Position numbers and translations under genes: made by a program. 64,000 bases of DNA from Pseudovirgaria hyperparasitica. Its lineage: Eukaryota. Positions 43,353-58,026 of the stretch are shown here, piece after piece (within the stretch, counting starts at the first letter, position 1; every line of letters starts with the position of its first letter). The notes beneath the pieces are model-generated. The model had not been told where the DNA came from, ran no database searches, and worked only from the letters and a program-made list of their open reading frames with translations. The stretch lies in NCBI GenBank assembly GCA_010093815.1, contig ML996579.1; one strand, 5' to 3'.

Positions 43353-46300
43353 GGCTATCTTGTTGGTTGTGCGAGTCTCCGACGCTGACGTAGGTAGGGT
43401 GGATAGACCGACAAAGTTATCCAAAGTGACAAGTGATGACGTTCCGTGATATGTTCGCAGCCGTCAAGCGTGGCCGGAAATAGTATGATTACATCGGAAA
43501 CCACGCAACAGGAGAACTCAACGTTGTGATGTGAGTACTTAGACCGTGTGAAGAGATTATCAAGCAGGACGAATTCGTGTGATGGAGCAGAATCTCCAAG
43601 GGTCCATTGTCGGCGTCGGAGTATTATGGACGGATCAACTGATTCAGCCAGCAAATCATCACGTGAGGTTGACCTAAGCACGTGACCTTCAGGCAAATAT
43701 CAAAACCCAATCTGAAATCAGGAATCTAGTCATCTCACAACATAATAAATCATATCCGACTGCAGCAATGGAGGTACAGCCGCGTTCCTCGACCGATCTA
43801 GTGGACCTAATCAAAGAGCTGGGGAGAGACTTTGACTATCACTAAATTATTCTTCTCCTAGGCAGTATCCTGTCTCTGGCGGCAATAGCACTGAATATGT
43901 TAACTTGGCCGGAGTCACAGCCTGAACGAAAGGGGCTGTCAACTTCCATACGAACTCTTCATGATAGGAGATGGTGTACACTGGAAATCGATACACAACA
44001 GCTACATTTGGCTCTCTACCCACTTCGTACACTAAGAGCGCCTGACCGTTGAACGACCGAACCACGCACTATATTACCTTCTATAACCAACGGTAGCTAC
44101 ATCGTGTGATACTGGATGCTTCAGGCGATCACACTTTAGAATATACTCAGAGCATGTAGGACAACTGCGTGGTCAGCTCCGTTATACTAAGTATATTTTT
44201 TTCATTAGATGTCAACCAAGACCGCAGATCCATGGACCTAGGTAATGACGCACCATTTCCTTCTACTGCTATCGGTATGCACGTCAAGCACACGACTACT
44301 TGTACTGGTCACAGCAGAACCTCAGCATCAGCTGGGGCGAAAAGATAGAAATTCTCAGCAACACTAGCAAGCAACCACAGTTGGCCGCATCTAGGTCGAC
44401 TCATTATGAATGATCCGGGCTAACTAAAGGAAGTACCAGTATCACGGCTCACGTATAGATCCTACATGTGAGAGTCATTTTCTTGACATTGCCAGTGTGC
44501 TGCAAGTTGACAGCCGGCTTACTATTCTTGCCATGTCTCATCGTTCTGAGTCTTGGGGGATGTTCAGGTGAGGGTGTAGCCAGCTCCCAATGTAGTGGAC
44601 CGGCAAATACCATTCTCGAGCATATCTGGGCCTGGACGTTATCATTCGCGATTGAGAGCATATTAGCCGGTCACAACATCATGCCTCACTCATAAAATAA
44701 CCCGTCCAGCCATAGCTTACGCCACCCACCAAGCAACGATAATACAGTATTCTCAGCAATATTCCACACGAGAGCAGGAAAAACTTCTAGCATTCGCATG
44801 GGTGTTGTCACTAGCATTGCCTTGCCAATCCAGAGTGACGTCGCCAGTCCTTATCCAGGACTTGATGCTAGTCACACCACAGAAAGCCACAGACACTCAC
44901 GGCACCGATATATCTTGCGCGTGTGTTGGGTAAAAGGTAATATTATCTGAATACGAGTACCGGAGACGAGTAGACTGTCAAATCGATATGCTCCACGTTG
45001 TCTGTACTCATGAATCAGTACCAATGCATGTGGCGAGGGCATCGCAAAAACTACGGGACGGCTGTCACCTGTCATGGAAGGATATGTACGGGAGCATCTT
45101 GCCGCAAGTGAGGGGCTTACCTCGCCGCTTGAGATCTGTGTCAGTGGTACGGGGAAGGATAGCCTGTTCAGTGGGTGGAGAACGGATGTTCCCTCGTCAC
45201 ATTATCGAGTCTCCCCGGATTCCCGGGCCGATCTGCGCTTGGGTCATGACAGATTTCATGCTTACAATATAGAAGCCATATTGAAACGAATAGGCGCTTT
45301 ACATCTCGTAATATGATACTAGTCTCAAGCACTCGAGGGTGCAATTGCCATGATCGACATTCATGCACCGCCGTGAGACATCCATATCAGCACGATGGTC
45401 ACGCTCAATCAGTACCCTGACCTGAACGGGACAAGTTCTATCCAGTCAAACACAGGCATGTAGCGACTCGCCGCCATCATGCCCATGACAAGACCGAATC
45501 CACAAGAGTAGTCCAACTCTCCCCATAATCATCAATCAGTCCACACAACAACAATACCACAAACTACTCCACCTCACGGCACCTTCACCACGTAACAACA
45601 CACGCCCAGATCAAGAAAACGCACCATCAAATTCCCCATGTAACTACACCCGCCTCGGCCAGCCCTAGCGTCGCTACCATAAAAACACCCTTCTGCACGT
45701 CTTCCCCACTAGTCCAAACCCGGCAACTCCTCGTCCCGCCCATTCTCCCCGCACTCAAATCGTCACAAACTCGACTCGGTTTCCCATACCACACACTGAT
45801 TCCCACCCCTCCCCATCCGCATCAAGCACAATTGATAACGAGTCGTCTAGTTATCTTAGCGCAGATGGTAGGCCCCTCCCGAGTCGCTATCTACCACCAC
45901 TACCACCACTACTACCCCTCCTTCCTTGTTTTGACAGCACGCCGCTCCGGTGCATCGCGCGCATCGTGAGGTAGCTTGTTAACTGCCGGGCGCTGTTTCG
46001 GCCTGGGAAGGTGATATTGGCATCGATGTGTATGTCTGCGCTACGGTGTGCGTTGTGTGGAACGTTGAGTAGAATCTGGATAAGCAGATTGAAGTGCCGT
46101 CAGGTGTGTGAGGCGCGGGGTTTGGGGAGGGGAGGGGGGTTAGTAAGGGGGACTGCGAATGGAGAGTGTCGGTGTAAGAAAGAGTGGTAAGTTTACTTTA
46201 GTCATCATGATTTGCGTGGTACTTTTGCTTCTAGGTTCTTGTCTGGGTGTTTATTTATAAGAAATTGTACGTGCGAGCGAATGTCTCGATCGGGATGGTA

Positions 46301-48918
46301 AACGCATCCAATATGTTCTGCGACCGAGGATTATAGCACGAAGAGTGTTTTTTTTTTTTGGTTCTCATCTTGTTCCTCTTAGATTCTGCATTCACTGCAT
46401 CATTATTTGGCCCAGATATACAAGGATATTCCGTTTCATGTCTCTCACTATCGATATTTCCATCCTCCTGTCTCCAACAACAAAGTCCACACTAATCAAG
46501 GTTACATTTCACATTCGTCTACACATTCGCCCAATTGTCAGTTTCATATGCATGTACGTATGCATATTTCACGTATACTTATTTGCCCACCCATCTATCT
46601 ATCTACACTCATGCATAGACAGCCTTACCAGCTGATGCATGTTTCAAGAAGCCGATTCTGGATTCTAGACTCTGGATTCTGCATGTTGGACAAGGCTGAG
46701 ACATACGAGGAGCTAGACTGATAGGGAGAATAGTCAATCGCACGTGCAGATAGGCGGGTTCAGAAGGGAGTAGGAGAAGGAGTAGATAAGAAGGCAGCCA
46801 GACAGGCCAGCCGAGGAACGGATAGACATGTACTCGCACGGGTAGGTAAGTATCTAGTAGCACAAACAGATGAAACGGGACGCCGAGGAAGAGAACATGC
46901 AGTAAAAGAGGCAAGCGTGGAGACGGACAGGGGAGCAGACACACAAACGGGTATATCTGATATGCGACAGGTCCGCGGGCAGGCAAACAAGCCAGTGAAT
47001 GCAGGATAGGGAAACAGGTAGACAAGCGGATAGACCTGCGGGGACCATGCGCGGATAAAGCAGAAACGATACGCGGATAATGCAGAAAAAGCAGGCAGAA
47101 AGGTAAGGCTGAGGCTGTGTTTGGATGAATTGATGAAAGAAAAGGTGGGTTGGTAGGTGGATGGATGTTCCACGAAGCATTGTCCTCGCACATTCACTCA
47201 TAAACGCGCCAAGCAAGTTGCTGGATGACTGCATACTCGCGCCAGGCAGACAAGGTAATGCATGGGATGTAAGAACGGCATGGACAGATGCAGGAACCGT
47301 TTCCGCAGCCTTCAGCCTAGTCGGTGATGCATGCCAGCCTGGCTAGGGTGCATTGCCTGATCTAGGGATGCATGATATCTAGGATGTCCTGATTCCATTA
47401 CCGCTGTTTGATATTCTGGTTCGCGGGTGGTCTGAAAGCCCAGTGTGCGGTGTGGGAAAATGTCTGTTGTCTTTGTTTTGATAATCTACATTCGGCTACC
47501 TACGTCCTTGTTCCCCGGCCTGGGCTCTAAGCTGTGGTCCTCACTTTCGACTTCCTGTTTCATTGATGGCTGTAGTAGTGTCATTAAACCGTCCAAGGTG
47601 TTCTTACACTACATATATATGTTCTCTCTTAATTAATTAACGATCTTTCCATATGTGTCATAAGTATACGTTTTATATTTTCATTCCCTTTCTATCTTCT
47701 GGCTTCTGTTCAAGTCATATCATCTAGAAGAGTAGGATGAAGCAAAGTGTGACAAAGAAAAAAAAAGTGGATAGATCACAATATACAATATAAGATTTCC
47801 TACTTCGAGCACGATGAAGGCAGCACTGTCTGTACATTTGTTCAACACATAGGACTATCAAGTATCAAACATTTCTCATATTTCTCTTTGTAAGTAGTAC
47901 CCAGTTATGCCATGAGTATAGCTGTATACATGACATCGTACATACGTATATACTCCCGCCATAACCAACTTTCTACTACCCTTCTGTCCCCTCTCTCCTC
48001 CTTCACACTAAACACTACTCTGAACTACACTACACTACACTAAGCATCCATCCAAGTAAACTAAACGAGAGATCTCGTGGGTATCGTCAGTGAACCGTAA
48101 ACACCCAAAACACCAGCTGTGCATTAAAAACCCGCAAAAAGAAACTAAAGAATGCAAAGCGGCATAGACTGTAAGAACCACTAAGAAGGTGAATTGAAGA
48201 ATTGTGTATGCGGGCATTAGTACCGAGAAATGAGTGAGTGGTATGCGGGATCATGTTTGATCGGCCGTGACGAGATTTGAGAAGACATGTGAGAACGGAA
48301 TATGCGATGGGAATGAAACGACCGAGTACATGTGCGGAAGAGCGATGTGCAGAGAAAACACGGCGTAGAACAGGATAAGATGCCAGTGTACACGGCCTGT
48401 GTGGCGGATGGTCGGTATACAGCCTGTGCTGTCTGGTGGTCTGGTGACAGCGTGTTCCGGATGTGTTGTGTCGCAGTGTGTAGATGGAAATATATGCGGG
48501 ATACCAGGGGAGATGGTGGCGGAAGTTCTGAGGATAGACGGGTTCTGAGCCATGCGCTGGCGTAGTGTGTGAATGAGTGAGTGATGATCTTCATACCTTC
48601 GATCGTTTTCGACAAAGACGTATGCAAGAATGCATGCAAGAGAGTAAGAATGCAATCCCCGTTCATCGTACGCAGGGCCGCATACCCGCAAGCAGAACTC
48701 TCCAACTCTGCCCCAGTGCCGCGCTAGAATAACGCTAGCAGGCAGGGAGGCCGAGGCCGTCCGCCCACCCCAGCCACGTTCCGTCCGCGCCAAACCGTAA
48801 GCAGCATAATTGCTGCTAAATAAAGCACCAAGCCAACAATACACACACGCACAGCGTCATCATCAGTAATAAGAGTCAGTCGACACCACCACTCACTCTG
48901 CAGAAGGTACTCCGCCCC

Positions 48919-50061
48919 CTACCGCAACCCCAACAAGCTCTTCTTGCGCCTCAGGTTCCGCGGCTTGGCACTCTTCCGCGCATCATCCTCGTCCGCGTCC
49001 TGCTCGTCGTGACCGTCATCGAGGAACCCAAAGTCGAACGTGGACTCGCGCTCTGCAGCGCCGCGCGGTATGAGTTTGCGCTGCTGCTGCTGGCGCTCGG
49101 GACACGGTGCGGCAGGCCGCTCGGGGCTGGAGTCGAGGAAGGCGAGCAGATCGGCGGTGATGGACGGTTCGCGGTCCTGGGTGCCGGCGCGGGGCACGAG
49201 GCGGCGGGGTTGCGGCGGCGGGGTTGGTGGCGGGACGGATTTCTTGGGCGAGATGGTGAGTTTGGCCATGACGAGGGATTTGGAAATGGAGCGTAGGCGT
49301 CTGTGGGTTGTGCTGGGGGAGCGCGCGAGTGGAGGTTGGGTGTCTGAGTTGAAGGGGTCGGAGGAGAGGAATGAGGGTGGTGGAGGCGAGTAGGAGAGGC
49401 TGGATAGGCGAGGCTCGAAGGAGGATTGTCGCTTTGTGTCGCTGTCGTGCGTGGATGGCCATGTGGAGGTGCGTGATGTGGTAGTGCTGGTGTGTTCTGT
49501 CGAGGACTCCGAGATGGACATGCGAGACGTAGTGGGGTCGTGGATTGTTCGACGTCGTCTCTCGTCAACGGAGGATGGAGACGAGCGGGCTGATGCATTG
49601 GAGGACGATGGCGAGGATGTGAACCTAGGGTAGTGGCCTGCTGGTGCAGAGAAACGATAGCTTTGTGGTGTTGGCGGCACATCTACGAGAGTCGGCGTTG
49701 CTGGAACGATGCACACCAGCTGGGCCAGCTGGCCGGGATGTTGCACTATAGGCTTGTTTGCTATCCGGAATGGAACGGCCTCTGCACTCTCGACTTCGTA
49801 CACCTCGACATCGTCATCAAAATCCAGCAGAGATTCGGCCATGTCTGCATCTTCGGATGAGAGATCCTCCTCCGAGGACAGATATCTGGTGTGGAATTGG
49901 TCCCTTCGCGCCTCTTCTGTTTCAAAGTTTTCCGACGCAAACTCAAACTGCTCGGACCGTATCGACTCTGGACTCGACACTTCACTGTTCGAGCGTACAG
50001 GTCGACGCTTGGTCGACTTCTGCAGTTGTGTCCACTGCTCAGACATGGCGAGTGAAGTCAT
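48919..50061 (-). CDS. Ser/Pro-rich hypothetical protein
   Basis: 380-aa ATG-initiated ORF with short conserved-looking motifs (YLSSEEDLS, and a twice-repeated RRLVPRAG / RKLIPRGAAERE). Confidence 0.7.
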   Translation of the reverse strand: MTSLAMSEQWTQLQKSTKRRPVRSNSEVSSPESIRSEQFEFASENFETEEARRDQFHTRYLSSEEDLSSEDADMAESLLDFDDDVEVYEVESAEAVPFRIANKPIVQHPGQLAQLVCIVPATPTLVDVPPTPQSYRFSAPAGHYPRFTSSPSSSNASARSSPSSVDERRRRTIHDPTTSRMSISESSTEHTSTTTSRTSTWPSTHDSDTKRQSSFEPRLSSLSYSPPPPSFLSSDPFNSDTQPPLARSPSTTHRRLRSISKSLVMAKLTISPKKSVPPPTPPPQPRRLVPRAGTQDREPSITADLLAFLDSSPERPAAPCPERQQQQRKLIPRGAAERESTFDFGFLDDGHDEQDADEDDARKSAKPRNLRRKKSLLGLR

Positions 50062-50555
50062 GGTGAAGACGGGGAATCGTCAAGTTCTTTCCAGGGCGGG
50101 TGGCTGTTGGTCAAATAAGACGGAAGATCGGGTCTTGCCAGGGTATAGCTGACTCGCTCCAAGTACTGGAATGCGAGCGCTCAGACTGTAATCTGTCGGA
50201 AACGGAGCTCGACGAGGAAATATACAGTGGAGCCGTGAGGACAGTAGTGGCGTAGTCGACGTATATTGCGGACGACGGCGACGGTTTCCGTGGCTAAAGT
50301 GCAAGTTTCATATACGGACTTGCATAGACAGGCGTGCTTAGCCGGAGGTACTGTGGTCGATGGTCAAAGGTAAACGGTAGGTTGACGGGTGGGCGAGGTA
50401 TGTCAATCTGCAGAGAGAGATTCAAGGACGAGAGTATGAGAGGTTAAGGTCTCTTATGAATAGCAGCCAGTGAGCGATCTGTCTATTTTACCACATTCCT
50501 CGTCCTTGCTGGGATGTCCGTGTGAAGAAACAGTTAGGGTAACAGATGGGATGGA

Positions 50556-50600
50556 GGGGGGGGGGNNNNNNNNNNNNNNNNNNNNNNNNNNNNNNGGGGG
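50556..50600. other. Assembly gap (N 50566-50595) within a poly-G run
   Basis: Directly visible. Confidence 0.95.
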
Positions 50601-53600
50601 AGTGTGGTGGACCCTGAGGCATGATTGGTGGGGCCTTGAGGACAGCGATCTTTACGAGTAGCAGGACAGGGACAGGCAAATCGCGTTTCAAAACTCTCCA
50701 TCACGTTAGTACGCGGCACGACACGCCGTATCGCTATCCATCGGAGCATAGCCAGCACAGTCGACTCTCGACACTGGTCCTGGTCCTTGAGGGTGAATGG
50801 CGCCGGCGCAAAAGCTCTTCGGGGCTCGTGGACAACTGGACGCGGAGGAGAGAGTCGTGTCTATGTTCTTTTCCTCCGACTACCTACCAACAAAAACCCT
50901 ACAGCCAGCCCATAGGCACTGACTTGTCATTTAGCACTGTCTAGTACAATCGCAGTCAAGCTGACCGTTACCGTTGGCTGGTGGCCTTCGCTGCGGACGC
51001 CCTAAGCCCTGAGCTGCCGCTTCTGATACTACTACTACTGCTACTACTGCTGCTACTCTGCTGCCCACTTGCCTGGTCAGGAGACGCGCCGTGAGCGACC
51101 GCAGCGTCGCGTTTGCTGATTGGTACTCTGGCGTTGGCCCGACACACACCTCTCTATCTCTGTCCTTCTTGGCGTTTCCGTCGCACTCCGTCTCTCAACG
51201 GGGTCCTGAGGAGAGACGGGCTTGTGCATGAGCATGAGCATGAACGTTAGCATGACCGAGAATAGATGCACAGCCAACACGGCTGGCGGCGGCGGCGATG
51301 ATGACTGACCAACTGACCGACCGACTGAGTGAGTGATGAGCAGGCTCAGGCAATATTATGATATTCCTTTGATGTCCATCCTCGGTATGCTGGAGACGAA
51401 CATGCCTGCACAAGAAGAGGAGGACTGCATCCTAGTCATAGGATGGACACCCGGAGACAGCAACTACAACAATAGCTGGTCATGAGGGAGTGAGTGAATC
51501 GCGCAAGGTCGTGGTGGAGTCTCCTCCTGCAGTCTTCGGCCAGTTCGGCGTGTTGTGATCCTACCTACACTTCAGCCTCCAGTCCAACTCTGGCGCTGCT
51601 GATATCCTCCAACTGCCCATTTGGGCGTTTGCCTCATGGCCTTTTTGATGTGTAACGGTAGGTAAGGCATACTAGTGGCCTCTTTCTAAGCAATGCGGCC
51701 ATGGGCATAGTCCCTATATCGTCGACTCCTACTGCTCCTCCTCAATGTCTGCAGGCAGTCGAGACAGGCGTCAATACTCCGACACGTCCTGCAACAGCTG
51801 TCGACGCCTGCGAACGCCTTAAGGGGGTTCCGCCTCCGCACAATGGAATTGTGAAGTGCGAGGTGCTGCAGACTGCCCAGTCTGAACCAGCAGCTGAGAC
51901 GCGACACTTCTTTCGAACTCGCCTGTTCCTCAGGAGTGAGATCGGCCGCCAATCGTGGGCCCTATCTGTCTACTGCCCCCGGCCCCGTCCTGGTTCCAAC
52001 GAGGGGGGAATTCCGCTAAGTTGGCCAGCATGGGCATTGTTACGGCCAACAATTGCATCGTACGCGAAGATGATTAGTGTCGCTTGTTCATACGACTGTA
52101 TCTACACAGCGTCGCCATCTGCCCTCCGCCTGCGACCTCTTGTGCAGCAGAGTCTGGCGTCTGCAAGTCTTGTACAGCCAGCCTGACTCTGTGCAGTGTT
52201 TGTGTGTCTTTGCAGCGTCTGCTAGAAGGGTCCACAATCGAGGATCAGAGTCAGGTCCATGACTTCATCGGGTCGAGATCCTCACTGCATGGCACGACGT
52301 GTCTTCGTAGAGAATTAATTATCCACACATGACGTGTTGAACCTCAGTCGGAGAACGCTGTCGGGTCCTTTGCGTGCGAAAGTTGCCGTAATGCCATGGA
52401 GGGGAATAGACGACATCGTCAAACCCTGAACCCCAGTACGCACCTTGTACTATGTGTCAGGGCAGTTCCCAGCGAGCGCGCCCCTCCAATTCAACACCTC
52501 ACACCCTCCGCAGAAGTCCTATCGTGAGTTGTCACACTTGCCGCGGGTCTTTATGTCCTTCAGCTGCTGCGATATGAGTCCTCGATCCTCTTTCCTTGAC
52601 TTAGAGTATTCCTAGACTCCAGCACCCGCCGTAGCGCAATGCTTGATGATGGGCAACGAACATCGCGAACGGGACTGCTTAGCGGCGGTAGAGTTATCGA
52701 TAATCATTTTTCGCAACTACTGACACCGACAACCTGACCAATAAGAAGCCAGATCCGGCGCGGTTTCTAGCGTGCTTCTAGCGCATCCCGAGTCCTGAGT
52801 AAGTCTGCGGCAGTGCGGCAAATGTTGGCCTGGTCAGGCATGTCTTCATGCCTCAGTTATAAGGCACTAATGACACCTGAGCACATGATGCCTGAAGCCT
52901 AACGCCTGACGGCTGACCTGCGCACGAGTAACAACTTGCCCGATGCCAACGTCGCCCCATAGTGTTGAAACATCCCTCAACCCTCCCAACCCACCGACGT
53001 CAATGCTTCCTTGGACTTGAGGACATTTACGGAGCAAACGCAGATCGAAACGTGCTAATCCCGTCCTGTGGAGGCGGCGCAATCATACATAGGCCCGACT
53101 AATTAGACGCTGCCGCTGCCCTACCAGCCCAGTCCAGTCCTTGACGCGAGAACGTGCTTATCTTGTGCTTGTAATAATACCTGCTTTCTCGGGTCTCGCT
53201 ATCATCTGGAAAGCATCTCGTATTACCCAGTCATCGCACAACCAGCGATGCAATTGCATGATTATCACGAGGCAGGCGACATGGGAAGCTCAAACTATGC
53301 CTGTGAACTCAATACCTACTCGGTCTTCCTGTATACCTAGGCATATTAGATCTGCAAATCCAAGGCGCTGGGGGCTAGTCCCATCCCAATTCTTCCATCG
53401 TACGTTTTCTTATAATAGATAGTACGACGTACCACGCTAGCTGATCACGTGGCCAACACTAGAGTACATCCCATAACAAAGTACAACACATCATATCATC
53501 ATCATCATCGCCGCTCCTACATCGTATGCGCATCATATCGCATAACATAACATAACATCATCTCCAACAAAAGCCATCACCCTCGGACTCTACTCTCTTT

Positions 53601-55449
53601 CTTTTGGAAAAAATGATATCCCTAATCCATGCCCGACTGAAAGAAGGCCACCCCCCCTCTCCCGCTCGCATCCTTGCCCTAGCCTGCCCTACCCACCATT
53701 ATGTCACTCAGTCACTCGCGTCTCTATAGTTACACCCATTCCCTGTCCACACATGTCCTATATCACCGACCGAACGTCACCGACCACCGTGCGTCTGCCA
53801 CGCGAGGACATTGTAGACTTTGTAATAGCAGTAGCAGCAACAACAACATAGCTCACCATCCCACGCACAGGCTTCCAAGCATGTCATTGTCATGTTTCAC
53901 ATCCGACCAAGTCCAGTAACGATTACACGGACGAGCACACGGATGGGGCAACGCGAGGAGGGGCCTTGGGGGGGGAGCTCTGAAACATCGAACCCAGGCC
54001 TGGAATGTACTGGCCTGTGCGGTGCTTGTACCACCCGGCTATTACTGTCATGTCGTCTAGTTCTCATAAGGCGGATGCGGAATGCGGGATAGATGTGTAT
54101 GTTGAATGTCGGTTATTATTGCCTGCTCTGCTATAAGTGTGTGGGTGTGTGTGCTATGTGTGTAGGAGTGATCAGCGTCGACACTAACAAGTATCACAAT
54201 GATCACCACGGATCCACAGCAAAAGCCTAATACCCCAGCGCACCGGCATACCAGCTCTCAATCCGACCATCCATCCATACATTGGCCATTCGTATTATCC
54301 GCTAATGCTCGACAGACCTCCAAATCCGGAATCCGGGTTCCGAGGCAAGAAAGAAAAATTTGCTGTTCACATACATACGTTTGCCCACACGCACATATAC
54401 AGACTGGCATACCCACACGTATATGCGTGCCCACATCAATCGATCGATGGATTTATTGGTAATTTCGTGCTTTATTGGCCGTGCTTCTCCCATTTGTCGG
54501 TCGGTCAGTCAGTACATTGAGTCACTCATTCAGTCAGACAGTCAGACAGTCAGTTAGTTAGGCTATTGATATTGCGATAGAAAAGATTGTGGATATGTAT
54601 CCAGGATGCAGGTAGGCTTGGAGGTGGTGGTGGTGGGCCAAGGTCTGGACCGAGGCTGTAAGCTGAGAGGCTGGTGCTGATGCTGCTGCTGCTGATGATG
54701 ATGATGCTGAGAGGCTGAGATGCTAAGAAGTTGGCCTGTTGGCCTGTTGGTGTTGGTGTTTGTACCACACCCACTGCACTACACTACACTGCACAACCCA
54801 ACACAACGTCACACTATGCTCACGAAGAGAAAAAAAAAGCATATATCTCGTAATATCCTACACCTCTCGAAGATACACCCTTGTAAGTCCGTCCTGAATA
54901 CGTGAGTGCGATCGGGTGTTGGTCTTCGTATACGAGAGACTGTATCTCAGCTGGGGCTGTCTCGTGTAAGCAGTCTGGTAATGCGGTTATTGGGTTGGGG
55001 CTAGGAATGGTGAGTGATCGGTGGTTACTGATCTCAGTATCTATGTATCTACCTATCGATCTCTCTGCTCTCTGTTTGCCAGTCCATCTGTGTCTTCTAT
55101 GTATACATCTATACCCTGCGCGCTAGCAATGTTCATGTGTATGTGAGTCTATACACTAACTATGAGACTACGTTTGTTCTGAATTGTCATCTCCGTCTAT
55201 TCTTCGCATGTTATTACCGTATCGTCGTACTTAATGTGCTTGGGGTCGTCTGTGTAGTCTGTGTAGGCTGTTCACACACCATTATGAAAACGAATACAAC
55301 CAAGTAGGTAAATGGAAATGTACACTTGATGTAGATACAGAATTTACTTACAGATACTAGCTTAGGGATTGAGAATGATAATATCAGATATCAATTGTAC
55401 AGGTAACTTTATCTCGTGTCCTCTATTCTTATATCGTGGCATAAGATGG

Positions 55450-58026
55450 CTTATCAGTTGCCAAATGCTACCCTCAATCGTCCGAGCCACTTCTTCAGAC
55501 TGTCAACTTCTCGATGCATTCAGAAATTAAATCCAACTTCTCGATCACGACCTCTCCCCAGGACTCACTGGCGTCGTGGGCTCAACTCTTCCTCGGTTAC
55601 ATTCTCCCATCGAGGTATTCCAGTGAACGTCTCGCTTCCCCTGCGTTTGCTGTGAACGTTTGCATTCATAGTGGCTGCGACCGATACGACAGAATTGCTG
55701 GATGGGATCGTATGCTTTCAACTCAGATAGCGTCTATGTAGAAGTGTCTTAGCATCCATTGGAACAAAATCCCACGTGGGAAATCTAAATCACACAAGAA
55801 AAGACCAAGAGACGAGTCCTGGGAACCCTTCAGGAGGTTAAGGACCTCATGGGAGAAACAGACATGAACTCCCAGAGGAGTAATAAGGAGATATGCAGCA
55901 TCCTTCTTGTTATAGCGAAATTTAGTGGAAATAGGGACTGTAGTACCCCTACTATAGCACACATTACATCTACTAAATGATGTCCTCATGGAAAGAATTA
56001 AACTGTTATATACAAGCATAGCTACAAGACCACATCTAACAGTATGCGTATTACATTAACCGGACGGGATGCTCGTGCAATAGTCTGCTTTGAAAGTATT
56101 CAGGAGTAGCGACTTCACTTTTATGGACGTCAAAAGAGTGGTTCTCTTTATGCCGTACTATAGTCGACGCTAACAAGAATTTCAGAGCGAGGCTTACAGT
56201 TTCTAAGCTACAGGACGATTATTTCATCGCGATAGTAAAGAGTAGTGGCTTCTCTAGCTATAGGAAGCAAACCAACCTAGGACAGTACACGTCTCTAGCT
56301 TCTCATCTCTAAGTACCTTGCAATGATAAGCATGATTAAGTGGCTAAGAGGAGTCATGTTACGGGATGTAGCCGCTGGGTCCCAAACGGACGTGTAGATT
56401 CAAGCTCATATCATTCTTCTTTCGGACAGCTGAATATAACCTCCTAGTTCATAAGCTCAGCAAGCTAAAGATGGCAATTAAGATCATGCATCAAGATGTT
56501 AGTAGCATGAAGTCTGCAGCGAAGAAATCCTACTCAAGGTTCTTCCCCAAAGACAATGTACAGCTTGCCTCAGGGGTTCGTTTAGCAATTCTAGAAAAAT
56601 GACAACACACATGGTGAGCTTTGCAACGTGCCTTCTCGCCTTCGATCATCTGGACTACCTGGAGCAACTCTTTCGAGAATCCCAAGGAGAGAATATTCAA
56701 GATTCAACTCTAGTCCCAACGTGCGACTAGGGCCTTTGCCACTCTTGCTCAGTTCAGAGGCCATAGAATTGATAATGATGTATGTGAGTTCTTTATCTGC
56801 TCTCATATTCTCGATGCTAGAGCTTATGACGCCCTAGAATTTCTGGGACTCTTTGGTAACCTTTTTGCTTAGGTAGTACAGAGCAGCGTCTCCGGAGGTT
56901 GGACGCCTATTGGTCTACTATAATGCTCGCGAGGGTAGTGTTCTTGACTGGAGCTGTAGGGGTTTATGACGCTTGATCAGCTCCCTCTTCAATTTTGGTT
57001 CTCATGACCTTTGTGAGCTTCTAAGTGTCATGAAATCAGCCTTGGTGGGTTTGTCGCGCTGTGACTCTAGAACAGCATCGGCAAAGACTACTTCTGCTTT
57101 AATACTCTTGTTGACTACTTGAGAGGTTACGAAACCTTATAAGAGCATGGATATTCTAGATGACCCCCCTATTGAAGTAGCAACCTTTTTCCACTTAGTC
57201 TTGCTACTCCCTTTAGTATGTCTACCTGTCTTGCTCGATATGTTCGAGGAGTTTGCTATGACATTGGAGATGAGATCATATAAGACACTGTCTCTGTACT
57301 TACAAGAGACTTGGAAAATTCATCGTGAGCTTGCGTAAGGACGAGAGTCCTATGAATAGTGTCAACATAGTTGATACGCCTGCACCAGTTCATCTACCAA
57401 TTAGTCAAGCAGATGGTCCGCTTATGGTATCCACTTAGAATATAGTCCTAAAATGTACGCCATATAGTTCCTGGTGCAGAGACTCCTATGGCTCCTAGGT
57501 TTATTCATTACCATAGATATAGTTAGATAGCCTTCTTGCCGAAGGTGATGCATAGCGACTCCCTGTTCCTAAATACCATCCTAGACCAAATAGCGAGGCT
57601 GAGGTACTTTATCTTCCTTGTAGAGGACACAGTCTTGCTGATCTTCCGAAAGGGCCGTTCACTGTCCAAAGCAGGAATACACATACAGATTACATCTGTT
57701 CTCGACTCTGACGTGGCAAGTCCACATTCTAGCATGCTTCTTCACCATCTCTAGAATAACTTCTATTATAATAAAGGGCGAGGTATGTCTACTAAGACTG
57801 ACTTAGTAGATTACTCATGTGCCGTTCTTAAGAAAAATCTTAAACCAAAGCTAAGGTCGGCTTGGCAGGCTGATATAATAATATTTCTTATTCCTTGCTT
57901 GATTAAGTAGTTATACTTCTGTTGAATTCCAGAACGTATGTAGACATTAATCTTAGAAATTTCGATCTAGTCCTTAGGAACAGTCAAGTATAGCATGTCA
58001 ACCTAGCGGCGCTTATGGAGAGTCAT
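55450..58026 (-). pseudogene. Decayed (RIP-like) coding sequence of unknown family
   Basis: Protein-like minus-strand frames are broken by many TAG/TAA/TGA stops and frameshifts (track fragments 57523..57735, 56591..56806, 55723..56019). TA/CTAG is visibly abundant and GC is low relative to flanking genes. Confidence 0.55.

Noticed and set aside
51701..52186. 161-aa ATG-initiated ORF in good context
   Set aside because: No motif or compositional support and no splice model. Chance cannot be excluded.
53980..54030. TCGAACC (reverse T-loop-like) as a possible tRNA
   Set aside because: No cloverleaf stems or A box around it. The same applies to other GGTTCGA hits in the window.
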